Source of the DNA: Nitrospinota bacterium
GTDB lineage: Bacteria > UBA8248
Assembly (NCBI GenBank): GCA_046581755.1
Contig: JAYGFR010000240.1
Span: forward strand, 1 to 50,140
Direction: 5' to 3'
Length of the DNA stretch: 50,140 bases
A program made the position numbers and the translations under genes. Below, in pieces: positions 29,958-39,128 of this stretch. Under the pieces are notes generated by a model. That model did not search any database and was not told the origin of the DNA. It saw nothing but the letters and a program-made list of their open reading frames with translations. Within the stretch, counting starts at the first letter, position 1. The number at the start of each line of letters is the position of its first letter.

Positions 29958-30164
29958 ATGGAAACGGTGATTATTCAGGTCAAGGGGATGTCGTGCGAGC
30001 ACTGCCAGGCGGCGGTCGAGGGCGCGCTGGGCGGGGTGGCCGGGGTCGCCTCGGCAAAGGTGGCCCTCGCGGGCGGGACCGCCGAGGTGGTTTTCGATGA
30101 GGCGGCGGCGGGCGAGAAGGATCTCCGGCTGGCGGTGGAGGAGGCCGGCTTCGAGGCCGCCTGA
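29958..30164 (+). CDS. copZ: Copper chaperone
   Basis: GMSCEHC HMA domain, directly downstream of copA with AGGAGG RBS. Confidence 0.9.
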   Translation: METVIIQVKGMSCEHCQAAVEGALGGVAGVASAKVALAGGTAEVVFDEAAAGEKDLRLAVEEAGFEAA

Positions 30165-30252
30165 TTTTCTACCTTCTTTGCCAAGCCGGTGGGGGTGTGG
30201 GCGGACCCCGTATTTTTGGGGTGAGGGGGGGAGCCCTCCTTCGCCGTGCCGG

Positions 30253-30912
30253 TTAGCCGCCGAAGGCGTTTCGCCCGAGGACGATATCGAACTTTCCCGC
30301 CAGGGCTCCGGCCTCGATTTTCCCTTCCGGTTTCAGCCTCACCAAAAGAATTTGCCGCGCGCGGGGGTCGGCCACGCGGTTGAAGATGCCGTCGCCCAGG
30401 TTCAGCGGGTGGCCTTCGAGATACATCTGGGTGGTCCACACCCCGGACCCCGCCCCTGAAATTCCGAAGTGAATGTGCGGGGTCCTGCCCGGATAGGGCA
30501 CGGGCTTGATGGTCCGGAACCGGTAGCTTCCGTCTTTTCCGGTCACCGTCCGCCCGAACCCCTGGAAATTGGGATCGGCGCGTCCGCCCCGGTCCCAGGG
30601 ATGATGATAGAAACCGAAGGCGTCGCATTGCCAGATTTCGACATGCGCCCCGCGAACCGGCTTGCCGTCCACGTCCAGGACGCGACCGATGATGTGGGTG
30701 ACCTGGCCCGCCGCCGGCCGCTGGCGGCCGTTGACCCGGACGAGATCCGAATTCGAGTCGAGCGGAATTTTTTGCGGATAAAACGGCCCCGGGGTCTGCC
30801 ATGGGGTGGGAATCAGCCCCGCCGCGGCAGCGGGCTCCAGCGCCGATAAAAAGGCCAGGGACAGCCCGGAGGCCAGCAGGCGCCGCCTTGAGATGAGGAG
30901 GGTTTCGGCCAT
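30253..30912 (-). CDS. Tat-exported intradiol ring-cleavage dioxygenase family protein
   Basis: SRRRLL signal; QTPGPFYP, VEIWQCDAFGFYHH, FRTIKPVPYPGRTPHIHF. Confidence 0.9.
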   Translation of the reverse strand: MAETLLISRRRLLASGLSLAFLSALEPAAAAGLIPTPWQTPGPFYPQKIPLDSNSDLVRVNGRQRPAAGQVTHIIGRVLDVDGKPVRGAHVEIWQCDAFGFYHHPWDRGGRADPNFQGFGRTVTGKDGSYRFRTIKPVPYPGRTPHIHFGISGAGSGVWTTQMYLEGHPLNLGDGIFNRVADPRARQILLVRLKPEGKIEAGALAGKFDIVLGRNAFGG

Positions 30913-31058
30913 TTGTTTTCTCCTGCCGGGGAGGGATGTCACCCGTCCCCCCCCCCGATGGGGATGAGGGTGATGCGGCGGCTTCGATTCGAGCTGGGAC
31001 GCTGGCGGCGTGTTCGACCGCATCACCCACCGGAGAGGCGGCATTTACTCACCTTTCC

Positions 31059-31682
31059 TCAGCGGGGCTGGCCGTCGTGAAATTCGCGGTGGAGAATTTC
31101 TCCCATCGTCGAGTAGAAAAAACCGTTCAGCCGGCCCAGCGGATCGAGCTTTTCCATCTTGATGTAGCCACCTTCCATGACATCGGGGTTTACGTGAAAA
31201 TAGACCACCTCGCCGATGAGGAGGGGATGTTTGTTCACCCCGAGTTCGAGCACCCGCTCCACCTTGCACTCGAAATGGATGGGCGCCTCCTGCACGCGCG
31301 GGGCCGAGACCTTGACGCTGGGAATAGGGGTCAGGCCCGTGTGCTCGAACTCGCTGTCCCCCTCCGGGAAGCCGTTGGCCGAATCCACCATCGCTTTCCA
31401 GTTTGGGACGGTCACGACGTTGAAGCAGAACTCGCCCGTCGCCTCGGCGTTGAGCAGCGTATGTTTCTTGCTGCCGTCCGGGTTGCGGGCGATGGTGAGC
31501 GAGATCATCGGCGGGGCGACGCAGACGACGGTGAAAAAGCTGAAGGGGGCGAGGTTGGTGATGCCCTCTTCATTGACGGTGGAAGCCCATCCGATGGGCC
31601 TGGGGACGACGGAGCCGGTCAGGAGCCGGTAAACTTCCCGCCGCTCGATCGTCTGCGGATCGTATTCCAGATAATCGGCCAT
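31059..31682 (-). CDS. Flavin reductase-like family protein
   Basis: SVVPRPIGWAST, NLAPFSFF, KHTLLNAEATGEF, LGRLNG. Confidence 0.9.
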   Translation of the reverse strand: MADYLEYDPQTIERREVYRLLTGSVVPRPIGWASTVNEEGITNLAPFSFFTVVCVAPPMISLTIARNPDGSKKHTLLNAEATGEFCFNVVTVPNWKAMVDSANGFPEGDSEFEHTGLTPIPSVKVSAPRVQEAPIHFECKVERVLELGVNKHPLLIGEVVYFHVNPDVMEGGYIKMEKLDPLGRLNGFFYSTMGEILHREFHDGQPR

Positions 31683-31717
31683 GGATGTTTTCTCCGCGTG
31701 GAGGTAAGGGAATGGGA

Positions 31718-32485
31718 TCAGACGGCGAGCCGTCCGCCGTTCACCGAGACCGTCTGGCCCGTGAAATAGCCCGCCTCGGGCGAGGCGAGAAACAGAATCC
31801 ATCCCACCATGTCCTCGACCTCGCCGATTCGCCCCAGGGGCGACATCGCGCCGATCTGCTTCATCTGCTCCGGGCTGCGCAGGGCGACCACCCGGTCGGT
31901 GGCGGTGGTGCCGGGGGCGAGCGCGTTGACGGTGATGCTGTGCTCGCCGAGCTCGAAGGCCATGACGCGGGTCATGGCGTGAACGCCGGCCTTGGCCGCC
32001 GAGTAGGGGGGCGATGAGCGGGTCATGGAAGCCAGCCCGGCGACCGAGCCCATGTTGATGATCCGACCGCTTTTTTGCTTGATGAGGGTGGGTATCGCGG
32101 CCCGCGAGCAGAGGAAGAGGCCCTTGAGGTTCCGGTCGATGACCTGGTCCCATTCCTCCTCGTCGGTCTCGGCGGTGGTAAGCTGGGTCTTGAATCCGCC
32201 CGCGTTGTTCAGGAGGATGTCGATCCGTCCGGCCTCGGAGACGATTCGGCCGAACGTCTCCTGGACGGATTTCGAGTCGGTGATGTCGCAGTGGATGAAG
32301 CTGGACTCCCCGCCTTGGCCGCGTATCCCCTCGGCGGCCTTTTCGCATTTTTCATCGTCGATATCGAGGAGATAGGCCCGCGCTCCCGCCCCGGCGAAAG
32401 CCTCCGCGGCGCCCTTGCCGATGCCGACCGCCGCGCCTGTGATGACGGCTACCTGTCCGGAAAAATCGAATTTCGTCGTCCCCAT
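31718..32485 (-). CDS. Short-chain dehydrogenase/reductase
   Basis: TGAAVGIG, NNAG, YSAAK, TGQTVSVNGG. Confidence 0.93.
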   Translation of the reverse strand: MGTTKFDFSGQVAVITGAAVGIGKGAAEAFAGAGARAYLLDIDDEKCEKAAEGIRGQGGESSFIHCDITDSKSVQETFGRIVSEAGRIDILLNNAGGFKTQLTTAETDEEEWDQVIDRNLKGLFLCSRAAIPTLIKQKSGRIINMGSVAGLASMTRSSPPYSAAKAGVHAMTRVMAFELGEHSITVNALAPGTTATDRVVALRSPEQMKQIGAMSPLGRIGEVEDMVGWILFLASPEAGYFTGQTVSVNGGRLAV

Positions 32486-32705
32486 TCGAATCCTCGCCTC
32501 ATGATGTGTGGGTGTATGAATGCCCGCCGGGCGCGCGGCAAGCGCCGCCTGACGCCGCCCTCGCTCCGGGGATATGCGGAAGAATATCGCCCGAGGGGCG
32601 CGCTTTGACAAGGCCGAGGGGATTTGAACTTTTTTTCGGGGACAAGGCGTGGTATTCGAATGGGGACGGAAAAAGGATTTATTGCAACAGGAGGCTGGAA
32701 CCTTC

Positions 32706-33282
32706 ATGGCGGAACCGGAAAACGGGGGCGAGAATCCCATCGCCTGGGTGTATACCGTGCCCGAGACGGAGGCGGAGGGCATCGTTAAGGCGAATTACGA
32801 GGCGGGACGGAAAAAATCCGGGTATCCCTCAAATATCTCGCGCCTCTTCAGCAACCGGCCCGAGCTCATGCGCGCCCACCGGGGGCTCTACCTGACCCTC
32901 ATGCACGGCGAGAGCGGCCTTTCGCGCATCGAGCGGGAGTTCATCGCCGTTACGGTCTTGAAGGCGAACGGGTGTTTTTACTGATATACGAGCCACGGGG
33001 AGTTTCTCCGTGAGGAGTTGGGCGACGATGCGCGCGGTGCTCGCCTTCGCGCGTCGGCTCATGAAAGATTCCCATGGCATGCGGCGCGAGGACCTGGCCC
33101 CGCTCCGCGAGGCGGGGCTGGACGATGGGGCCATCGTGGACCTGGTCTCGGTGGTGGGGTATTTCAACTTCATCAACCGGGTGGCGCACGGGCTGGGGGT
33201 GTACCTGGAGGAGCCGATGAGGCCCCGCGCCGACCCCGAGGATCTCTGGCAGGAGCTGGAGCGGCTGTACGAGGGGGCCTGA
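32706..33282 (+). pseudogene. AhpD/CMD peroxidase-related protein with CxxU (selenocysteine), apparently disrupted by a frameshift or deletion
   Basis: LSRIEREFIAV...NGCFY-TGA(32982)-YTSHGEFLREELGDD; the C-terminal half (VVGYFNFINRVAHGLGV) is in the +1 frame. Confidence 0.75.
32994..33012 (+). promoter_or_regulatory. Candidate bacterial SECIS hairpin
   Basis: CACGGGGA-GTT-TCTCCGTG stem-loop whose apical G lies about 18 nt after the in-frame UGA. Confidence 0.55.
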
Positions 33283-33298
33283 ATTGACGCCGGGCGCT

Positions 33299-33451
33299 CT
33301 ATTTCACTAGGCTGGCCATCGTATCCAGGAGGCCGTTGTCGAAGAGTGTCCATCCGGTGACGATGACGACGAGGACCAACAGGGCGAGGAGAAGGTATTC
33401 CATCAGGCCGGGCCGGGCGCCGGGGGGTCCTTTTTGGGATTCTTTGGTCAT
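33299..33451 (-). CDS. Small single-TM protein, Flp-pilin-like
   Basis: ...GLMEYLLLALLVLVVIVTGW...; EY followed by a hydrophobic helix, but the prepilin Gly is not at the canonical position. Confidence 0.35.
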   Translation of the reverse strand: MTKESQKGPPGARPGLMEYLLLALLVLVVIVTGWTLFDNGLLDTMASLVK

Positions 33452-33644
33452 CGAGGGGGCCTGGATGATTCGGATGAGGGCGGCGTTGCTTCCGGCGGGG
33501 GAACTCTCCCGCCGCAACGTGTTCGATTATAGTCCGGCCGGGGGATTTTGCAAAAGTTTTTCCAGACATTTTTCATGCCGCCCCGGAATTCGGATAGAGG
33601 GGGGCGCTGGCGCGGCATCGAGAGGATGCGAAGATATCGTGGAA

Positions 33645-34235
33645 ATGGCACAGCATAAATTCGGATTGGTCGTCATGTTCGAGCCCGAGTCGCTGGGCGT
33701 TCCGGGGAAGCGCGTGTTCCGCCTTCTGATCGACGGCAAGCATCCGGCCTCGGCGACCCTCTGGATCGAGAAGGAGCAACTCTATGGCATCTCGGTCGCG
33801 CTCAAGAACCTGATCGAGAGCGAACCCTGGAAAGAGGGCCGGGGCGCCAAAATTCCGACAATCGACGATGCCGGATATCTGGAAGGGGATTCGAGCGAAA
33901 TTCTCGAATTCAAGGTCGGCCGCCTGGGGCTCGCCTTCGGTCCCGGGAAGGAGTATGTCACGCTGTTTTTTCACGATTTCAGGGATGAGGCGGAGGAGCC
34001 GGAGGACCCCTATTCCGATGATGATGATGAAGGCACGGAGGATTTCACCGGCGGGGAGGAGGCGCTCCCAAAGGCCAAGCTCCAGATTAGCATCGAGGTC
34101 GCCCGCGCGGAGGAATTCGTCAACCGGAGCCTGGAGCTTTGCGCCTCGGGCCGGGGAACGGATTCCCTCTCGCGCCAGGCCCTTGTCGCCACCGGGAAGG
34201 TCAACCCCAACACCAATGGCTATTTCAAGCATTAG
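33645..34235 (+). CDS. DUF3090-family protein
   Basis: GVPGKRVFRL, LWIEKEQL, EFKVGRLGLAF, C-terminal ASGR...P..NG. Confidence 0.75.
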   Translation: MAQHKFGLVVMFEPESLGVPGKRVFRLLIDGKHPASATLWIEKEQLYGISVALKNLIESEPWKEGRGAKIPTIDDAGYLEGDSSEILEFKVGRLGLAFGPGKEYVTLFFHDFRDEAEEPEDPYSDDDDEGTEDFTGGEEALPKAKLQISIEVARAEEFVNRSLELCASGRGTDSLSRQALVATGKVNPNTNGYFKH

Positions 34236-34276
34236 CCCCCGCCGCCTCCGCGAAACAGGATGCCGTTGTGGCCGCG

Positions 34277-35059
34277 ATGCCGATTGACGATCCGGGAGCC
34301 AAAGGGGAGGAATCCGCCACGGACGAGGATGGCGCCCGTACGATGTCCCCCGGCGAAATCGAGAGGCTGCTCGCCGAGGCGACGGTCGAGGGGGGCAAGC
34401 TCGTCCCGCACGGCTCGAACTACACCTTCGCCGTCCAGCTCCAAAGCGGCGATCTGAATTTCCTGGGCATCTACAAGCCGGCCGGGGGAGAGCGCCCGCT
34501 CTGGGATTTTCCCTACGGGACCCTTCACTTTCGCGAGCGGTGCTCTTTTCTCATCAGCCAGGCGCTTGGCTGGAATCTGGTGCCGCCCACGGTGATTCGC
34601 GAAGGCCCCCATGGCGAGGGCTCGATGCAGCTCTACATCGCCCACAATCGGAGCGCCAATTATTTCACCCTCCTCGAGGAGGGTCGGCCCGAACTGTTTC
34701 TCATGGCGGTGCTCGATCTCATCATCAATAACACCGACCGGAAGGGCGGCCACTGCCTCAAGGGAAACGACGGCCGGGTCTGGGGGATCGATCACGGCCT
34801 GACGTTTCATGCCGAACAAAAGCTCCGGACCGTGATCTGGGAATTTTCGGGCCAGGAGCTGCCCGGGAACCATGTGGAAGACCTCAAGAGGCTCGAGACC
34901 TCGTTGGGCGGCGCGGACGCCCCCCTGGCCCGCGAGGTGAACTCTCTCCTGGATCCGGAGGAGTCCGCGATGCTCCGCCGCAGGATCCGGGCGTTCATCG
35001 AATCGCCCCGTCTGCCTCATCCCGAAGAGTACAGGAGCTTTCCGTGGCCGCCCGTATGA
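34277..35059 (+). CDS. SCO1664-family protein (PI3/PI4-kinase-like fold)
   Basis: GSNYTF, IYKPAGGERPLWDFP.GTL..RE, LVPPTVIREGPHG.GS.Q, INNTDRKGGH, IDHGLTFH...KLRTVIW. Confidence 0.9.
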   Translation: MPIDDPGAKGEESATDEDGARTMSPGEIERLLAEATVEGGKLVPHGSNYTFAVQLQSGDLNFLGIYKPAGGERPLWDFPYGTLHFRERCSFLISQALGWNLVPPTVIREGPHGEGSMQLYIAHNRSANYFTLLEEGRPELFLMAVLDLIINNTDRKGGHCLKGNDGRVWGIDHGLTFHAEQKLRTVIWEFSGQELPGNHVEDLKRLETSLGGADAPLAREVNSLLDPEESAMLRRRIRAFIESPRLPHPEEYRSFPWPPV

Positions 35060-36414
35060 GCGGGGACCCATTGGGCCGAGCCCCCTTGAGCCGGGACAAA
35101 AAAACCGGGAGAGGGGTTTCGTTGAAGCGGGCGGCATCGCGCACCCTCGCGTGCGCCTCAATCGCGCTCCCTCTCCTCCTCTCCCTGGCCTCGTGCGGCG
35201 GCCGATCCGTGGGAACGAGCAAAACCGGCCCCTCCCTGTACGGGGCCGTCTTCGAAAACCCGGACGCGATCCGGACCTCTGGCATACGCAGCAAATCAGA
35301 TGATACCGATTTCCGGCGGGCCCAGGAGTTTCACACCGCCCGGGCCTACCTTCGCTATATCGAGCGCCACCCGGACGGACGCCACACCAGGCAAGCGCGC
35401 CGCCAGGCCGAGCACCTTTCCTACCTCGACGCCATCGCCCGGAGGAGGCCCGCCGAGCTCAGGGATTTCTTGCGGAAATATCCCCAAAGCCCCTTCGCCT
35501 CTCAGGCCCGGGAAAGGCTCCAGGGCGTGGATTTCAAGGCGGTCCGCCAAAAGGATTCCATCCCTGCCTACCGGGCCTTTTTAAAGCGCCACAAGGGCGC
35601 GCCCTCCGAATGGACGGCCGCCGCCACCCAGCGGCTCGAGCGGCTCCTTCTCGATAAGGTGAAGCTGGGCGGAAAGGAGCTGGCCCTTTCGCGCTATATC
35701 TACGACAACCCCGGCTCCCCTTACATGGCCGAGGCCAAGGAGGCTTTGCGGACTCTTGCCTTTGAGCGCGTGACTGCCTCGGCGGAGGAGGACGATTGGC
35801 TTCAATTCCTCCGCCGCTTCAAAGGCTCCGTGGAGGCGCGCCGCGTCGCGCGGCACATGCGGGAGGAAAGGCTCCGCGCCGCCGAGCGCTCGGGCAGCGC
35901 CTCGGCCCTCGAAAAATATCTTCTCCTCTATCCCCAAACCCCCCACAAGGGGCGGATACTCACCGCGCTCTCCTTGATGGCGCACGATCGGGCGAAAGAG
36001 GGGGGGCGGTGGGTGAAGGTGAAGATGGCCGAGATCGAAGTGTCCCACCCCCTTCGGTGCAAGGAGTGTCCGGCCGCCCTCAGGATCCGGGGGACGCTGG
36101 CCAGCACCGACAAGGATTTTGCCTACGATGTGGTGCTCGAAGCCGTTCTCATCGTAAAGGGAAAACTCTGCTGCGCCGCTTCCCACCGTGTGAGAGGGCT
36201 GGCGCCCGGCGAGAGGCGGGCGTTCTCGTTTCCGATCCCCGGAAAAGAGCCCAAGGGCCCACCTCCCGCCTTTCGGCTCCGGATCAAGAAGTGGAGCGCC
36301 TACCGGAACACCCCTCCGGGCGGGTTGAAGCACAAGCGCGAGATTCAGGCCTCGGGGGAAAAAGCCCCCGTCGACCGCTTCAAGCCGGTCCCCGTCCCGT
36401 CCCCGGGAAAATAA
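35056..36414 (+). CDS. Lipoprotein with helical TPR-like repeats
   Basis: LASC lipobox; repeated Y/F-L-x-x-Y/H-P units (YIERHPDG, FLRKYPQS, YIYDNPGS, YLLLYPQT). Start uncertain. Confidence 0.65.
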   Translation: MSGDPLGRAPLSRDKKTGRGVSLKRAASRTLACASIALPLLLSLASCGGRSVGTSKTGPSLYGAVFENPDAIRTSGIRSKSDDTDFRRAQEFHTARAYLRYIERHPDGRHTRQARRQAEHLSYLDAIARRRPAELRDFLRKYPQSPFASQARERLQGVDFKAVRQKDSIPAYRAFLKRHKGAPSEWTAAATQRLERLLLDKVKLGGKELALSRYIYDNPGSPYMAEAKEALRTLAFERVTASAEEDDWLQFLRRFKGSVEARRVARHMREERLRAAERSGSASALEKYLLLYPQTPHKGRILTALSLMAHDRAKEGGRWVKVKMAEIEVSHPLRCKECPAALRIRGTLASTDKDFAYDVVLEAVLIVKGKLCCAASHRVRGLAPGERRAFSFPIPGKEPKGPPPAFRLRIKKWSAYRNTPPGGLKHKREIQASGEKAPVDRFKPVPVPSPGK

Positions 36415-36469
36415 AGATCGCGCGGCGCGCCGAATGCCCGCCGCCCGGTTTCATCCTCTTCACCCCCCG

Positions 36470-37414
36470 TCAACCCCGCGGGGGTTTCCGCGTCCATAGG
36501 CGCGGCCGGTTCACTTTCTTGAGATTCGAGGAAATGAAGCGGCACAGCGGCGGGTTCCCGGCGAGGAGGGACTGGCGCCATTTCCGTGCGGCGTCGATGT
36601 TTTTCGGAAGTTGATCGGGCGGGAAAAACGCCTCGAAGGAATCCCAGCGGTCAGTTCCCCCGCGGCGGACCATGGGATCGCCGCCGGCCTCCCGGACGAT
36701 GAGGACGCCCGCCGCCACGTCCCAGATGCTGGGCGCGCCGAACAGCGCATAGTGGAGCCCCCCGCGCGCCACCAGGGCCAGCTCGTAGGAGATCGAGCCC
36801 GTCGCCCGGATCTCTCCCATGCCCGATTTCAGGGGCCCCGTCGGGCGGAACTGCATCCAGTAGGCGCCGGGCAGGCTGGCGATCCGCTTGCCGGTCGGCT
36901 TATCGTCCCCGGCCACCTCGATGGGACGATCCCCCCGGTAGGCGCCGCCGCCCTCCCAGGCGCGGTAGATGACCCCGCCCTCGCCGGTCGAGGATTTGGG
37001 CGCGGATTCGGGCGTGAAAATGGCCCCGGCCACCGGGCGGCCGTTGCGGAGGACCCCCACCGAGCATCCCCAAACCGAGAGGCCGTTCAGGAAGTTTTTC
37101 GTCCCGTCCAGCGGATCCAGCACCCAAAGATATTCGGCGATTTCGCGCTCCCCCTCCCGCTTGGCCTCGTCCTTGTCCTTGGGTTTTTCCTCGCCCAGGA
37201 CGGCGTGCCCCGGGTAGCGGGCGGCGATGGCTTGGGTGAGAAAGGCCTGGCTCGCGGTGTCGGCTTCGCTGACGGGGTCGGTCTTGGCCTTGTTTTTATA
37301 ATCCACCTCGACGCGCTTGCCGAACAGGCCGAGGAGAATATCGCCGGCCCCTTGCGCGAAATCCACGGCGGCGGTGGCGAGTTCTTCGGGCGAATGCGCG
37401 GGGGAGGAGTTCAT
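36470..37414 (-). CDS. Inositol monophosphatase family protein
   Basis: DPVSEAD, LGEE, WVLDPLDGTKNF, WDVAAGVLIVREAGG. Confidence 0.93.
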   Translation of the reverse strand: MNSSPAHSPEELATAAVDFAQGAGDILLGLFGKRVEVDYKNKAKTDPVSEADTASQAFLTQAIAARYPGHAVLGEEKPKDKDEAKREGEREIAEYLWVLDPLDGTKNFLNGLSVWGCSVGVLRNGRPVAGAIFTPESAPKSSTGEGGVIYRAWEGGGAYRGDRPIEVAGDDKPTGKRIASLPGAYWMQFRPTGPLKSGMGEIRATGSISYELALVARGGLHYALFGAPSIWDVAAGVLIVREAGGDPMVRRGGTDRWDSFEAFFPPDQLPKNIDAARKWRQSLLAGNPPLCRFISSNLKKVNRPRLWTRKPPRG

Positions 37415-38460
37415 TCGAAGGTTTCCATCTCGGGGATGCCGATTTGCCCGGCGAGTTCGGCGAGTTCCGCATAGCGCTCCGGGAGCAGGGGGATCCCGGC
37501 GGTCCGCCGCTCCTCGGCGCGCTCGTACTCCATCTCGCCCGGCATGAAGATGCGCTCGACGCCGGCCGCCCTCGGGGAGAGGCGGAGGAGGGCGCACAGT
37601 GCCGTCACCGCCGCGCTGAATTCGGCCAGCGGTACGAGCGCCTCGATGCGGATCGCGCCGAAGAAATGCGTCACGTTTCCCGGTTCGGTGTGGTTCATGA
37701 TGCCGATGATGTTGTGGCTGTGGGCCCCGCCCGTCAGGGAGCCCAGGACGGCATCGATGGCGACGGAGAGCCCCACGCCCTTGTAGCCGGCTATCGCGGT
37801 GAGCGAGCCCGACTGGAGCACCTCGCCGGGATCGGTGGTCGGCCTTCCCTCCGAATCGACGCCCCAGCCCTCGGGGATGGTTTTTCCCGCCCTGTGGGCC
37901 TGGAGTATGTATCCGCGCGCGACGGTGCTGAGGGCCATGTCCAGGACGATGGGCGGATCGCCGGGGACGGCGATGGAGACGGGGTTGTTTCCCAGGATTT
38001 TCTCCTTGCCGCCTGCCGGGGCGATGGTCTTGACCGCGTTCGTGGTGACGAAACCGGCCATCCCCCGGCGCACCGCCATTTCGGCGAAGGTGCCCGCCGC
38101 GCCGAAGTGGTTGCTTCGGCTCATCACGACGATTCCGACGTTGTGGTTTTCGGCCCGGTCGAGGCATTCCTCCATTCCCCTCCGGGAGACGACCTGGCCC
38201 ATGCCGTTGTCGCCATCGAGGAGGGCGAGCGCCCCCGCGTCCTTCACGACCCGCACCTCGGGGCGAGTGTTGATGGCCCCCGTCTCCAGGCGCCGCATGT
38301 AGTCGGGAATCCGGATGACGCCGTGGCTCGACGTTCCCCGGAGCTCGGCCTGGGCCAGGGTCTCGGCGGTCCAGGCGGCGTCGCCCTCCGGCATCCCCGC
38401 ATGGACGAAAATTTGGGTGACAAACCGCCTGACCTCTTCCGCTTTGACGAGCCGGCTCAT
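37411..38460 (-). CDS. Ldh_2 (malate/L-lactate/sulfolactate dehydrogenase) family oxidoreductase
   Basis: AELRGTSSHG, DGDNGMG, SNHFG, GNNP, LDMA, IPEGW, YKGVGL, MPGE. Confidence 0.92.
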   Translation of the reverse strand: MSRLVKAEEVRRFVTQIFVHAGMPEGDAAWTAETLAQAELRGTSSHGVIRIPDYMRRLETGAINTRPEVRVVKDAGALALLDGDNGMGQVVSRRGMEECLDRAENHNVGIVVMSRSNHFGAAGTFAEMAVRRGMAGFVTTNAVKTIAPAGGKEKILGNNPVSIAVPGDPPIVLDMALSTVARGYILQAHRAGKTIPEGWGVDSEGRPTTDPGEVLQSGSLTAIAGYKGVGLSVAIDAVLGSLTGGAHSHNIIGIMNHTEPGNVTHFFGAIRIEALVPLAEFSAAVTALCALLRLSPRAAGVERIFMPGEMEYERAEERRTAGIPLLPERYAELAELAGQIGIPEMETFE

Positions 38461-38490
38461 CCCGCCCTCCTCAAATGATCGGCCATGAAT

Positions 38491-39108
38491 TCAGGGTGCC
38501 TGGCGCGTGAGGAGGAACGCCGCGCCGTGGCGGGCGTGCTCGTCGGCGGTCACCTCCGAGAGATAGTCGCTCCGCGAGACCGACCAGCGATCGGCCTCCC
38601 CGATGGGGGCGGCGCGCCATGCCGGATTCCGCCAGAGGGCCCCGCTCCCCGCGAAGCCCGGCCCCGTTTGCACGATCGCCAGATACCAGCGCACGCCCGG
38701 ATCGGCCAGGATCATTTCTTCCGCGCCCGAATCGAAGGGAAGCCAGCAGGAAAGGACCAGATCGGGGCGGTGCCGCTCCAGGGCCTCGCGCGCCCCGAGC
38801 CGCTCGACCCCGCCCAGCCGCACGCTTCCGCCCTCCGGGCCGGGACCCGCTGAGCCGGTCCCGGCGGTGTCGGTTAAGGCAAAGGGAATGCCTCTCTCGA
38901 TGAGGGCGCGCCCCAGCTCTCCCGATCCCGCGCCCACCTCGACGGGTCTCTCCGCCCCGAGGGGAAGGATCGCCCCCGCCAGCGCGTCTACCCACTCGGC
39001 GGTGGGAAGCTGATAGATCTCCAGCCGCTCGCAGTAGGAGAGCCAGCCCTCGCCGCCCTCCTCCCCGGCGAGCAGGACCAGCGCATCCGCATAGCCGATC
39101 AACGGCAC
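38491..39108 (-). CDS. Hypothetical protein with SAM-dependent methyltransferase-like motif
   Basis: VEVGAGSGELGRAL...TD; PDLVLSCWLP. Confidence 0.6.
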   Translation of the reverse strand: MPLIGYADALVLLAGEEGGEGWLSYCERLEIYQLPTAEWVDALAGAILPLGAERPVEVGAGSGELGRALIERGIPFALTDTAGTGSAGPGPEGGSVRLGGVERLGAREALERHRPDLVLSCWLPFDSGAEEMILADPGVRWYLAIVQTGPGFAGSGALWRNPAWRAAPIGEADRWSVSRSDYLSEVTADEHARHGAAFLLTRQAP

Positions 39109-39128
39109 GCTCTTGGCCCGCGAATTTT

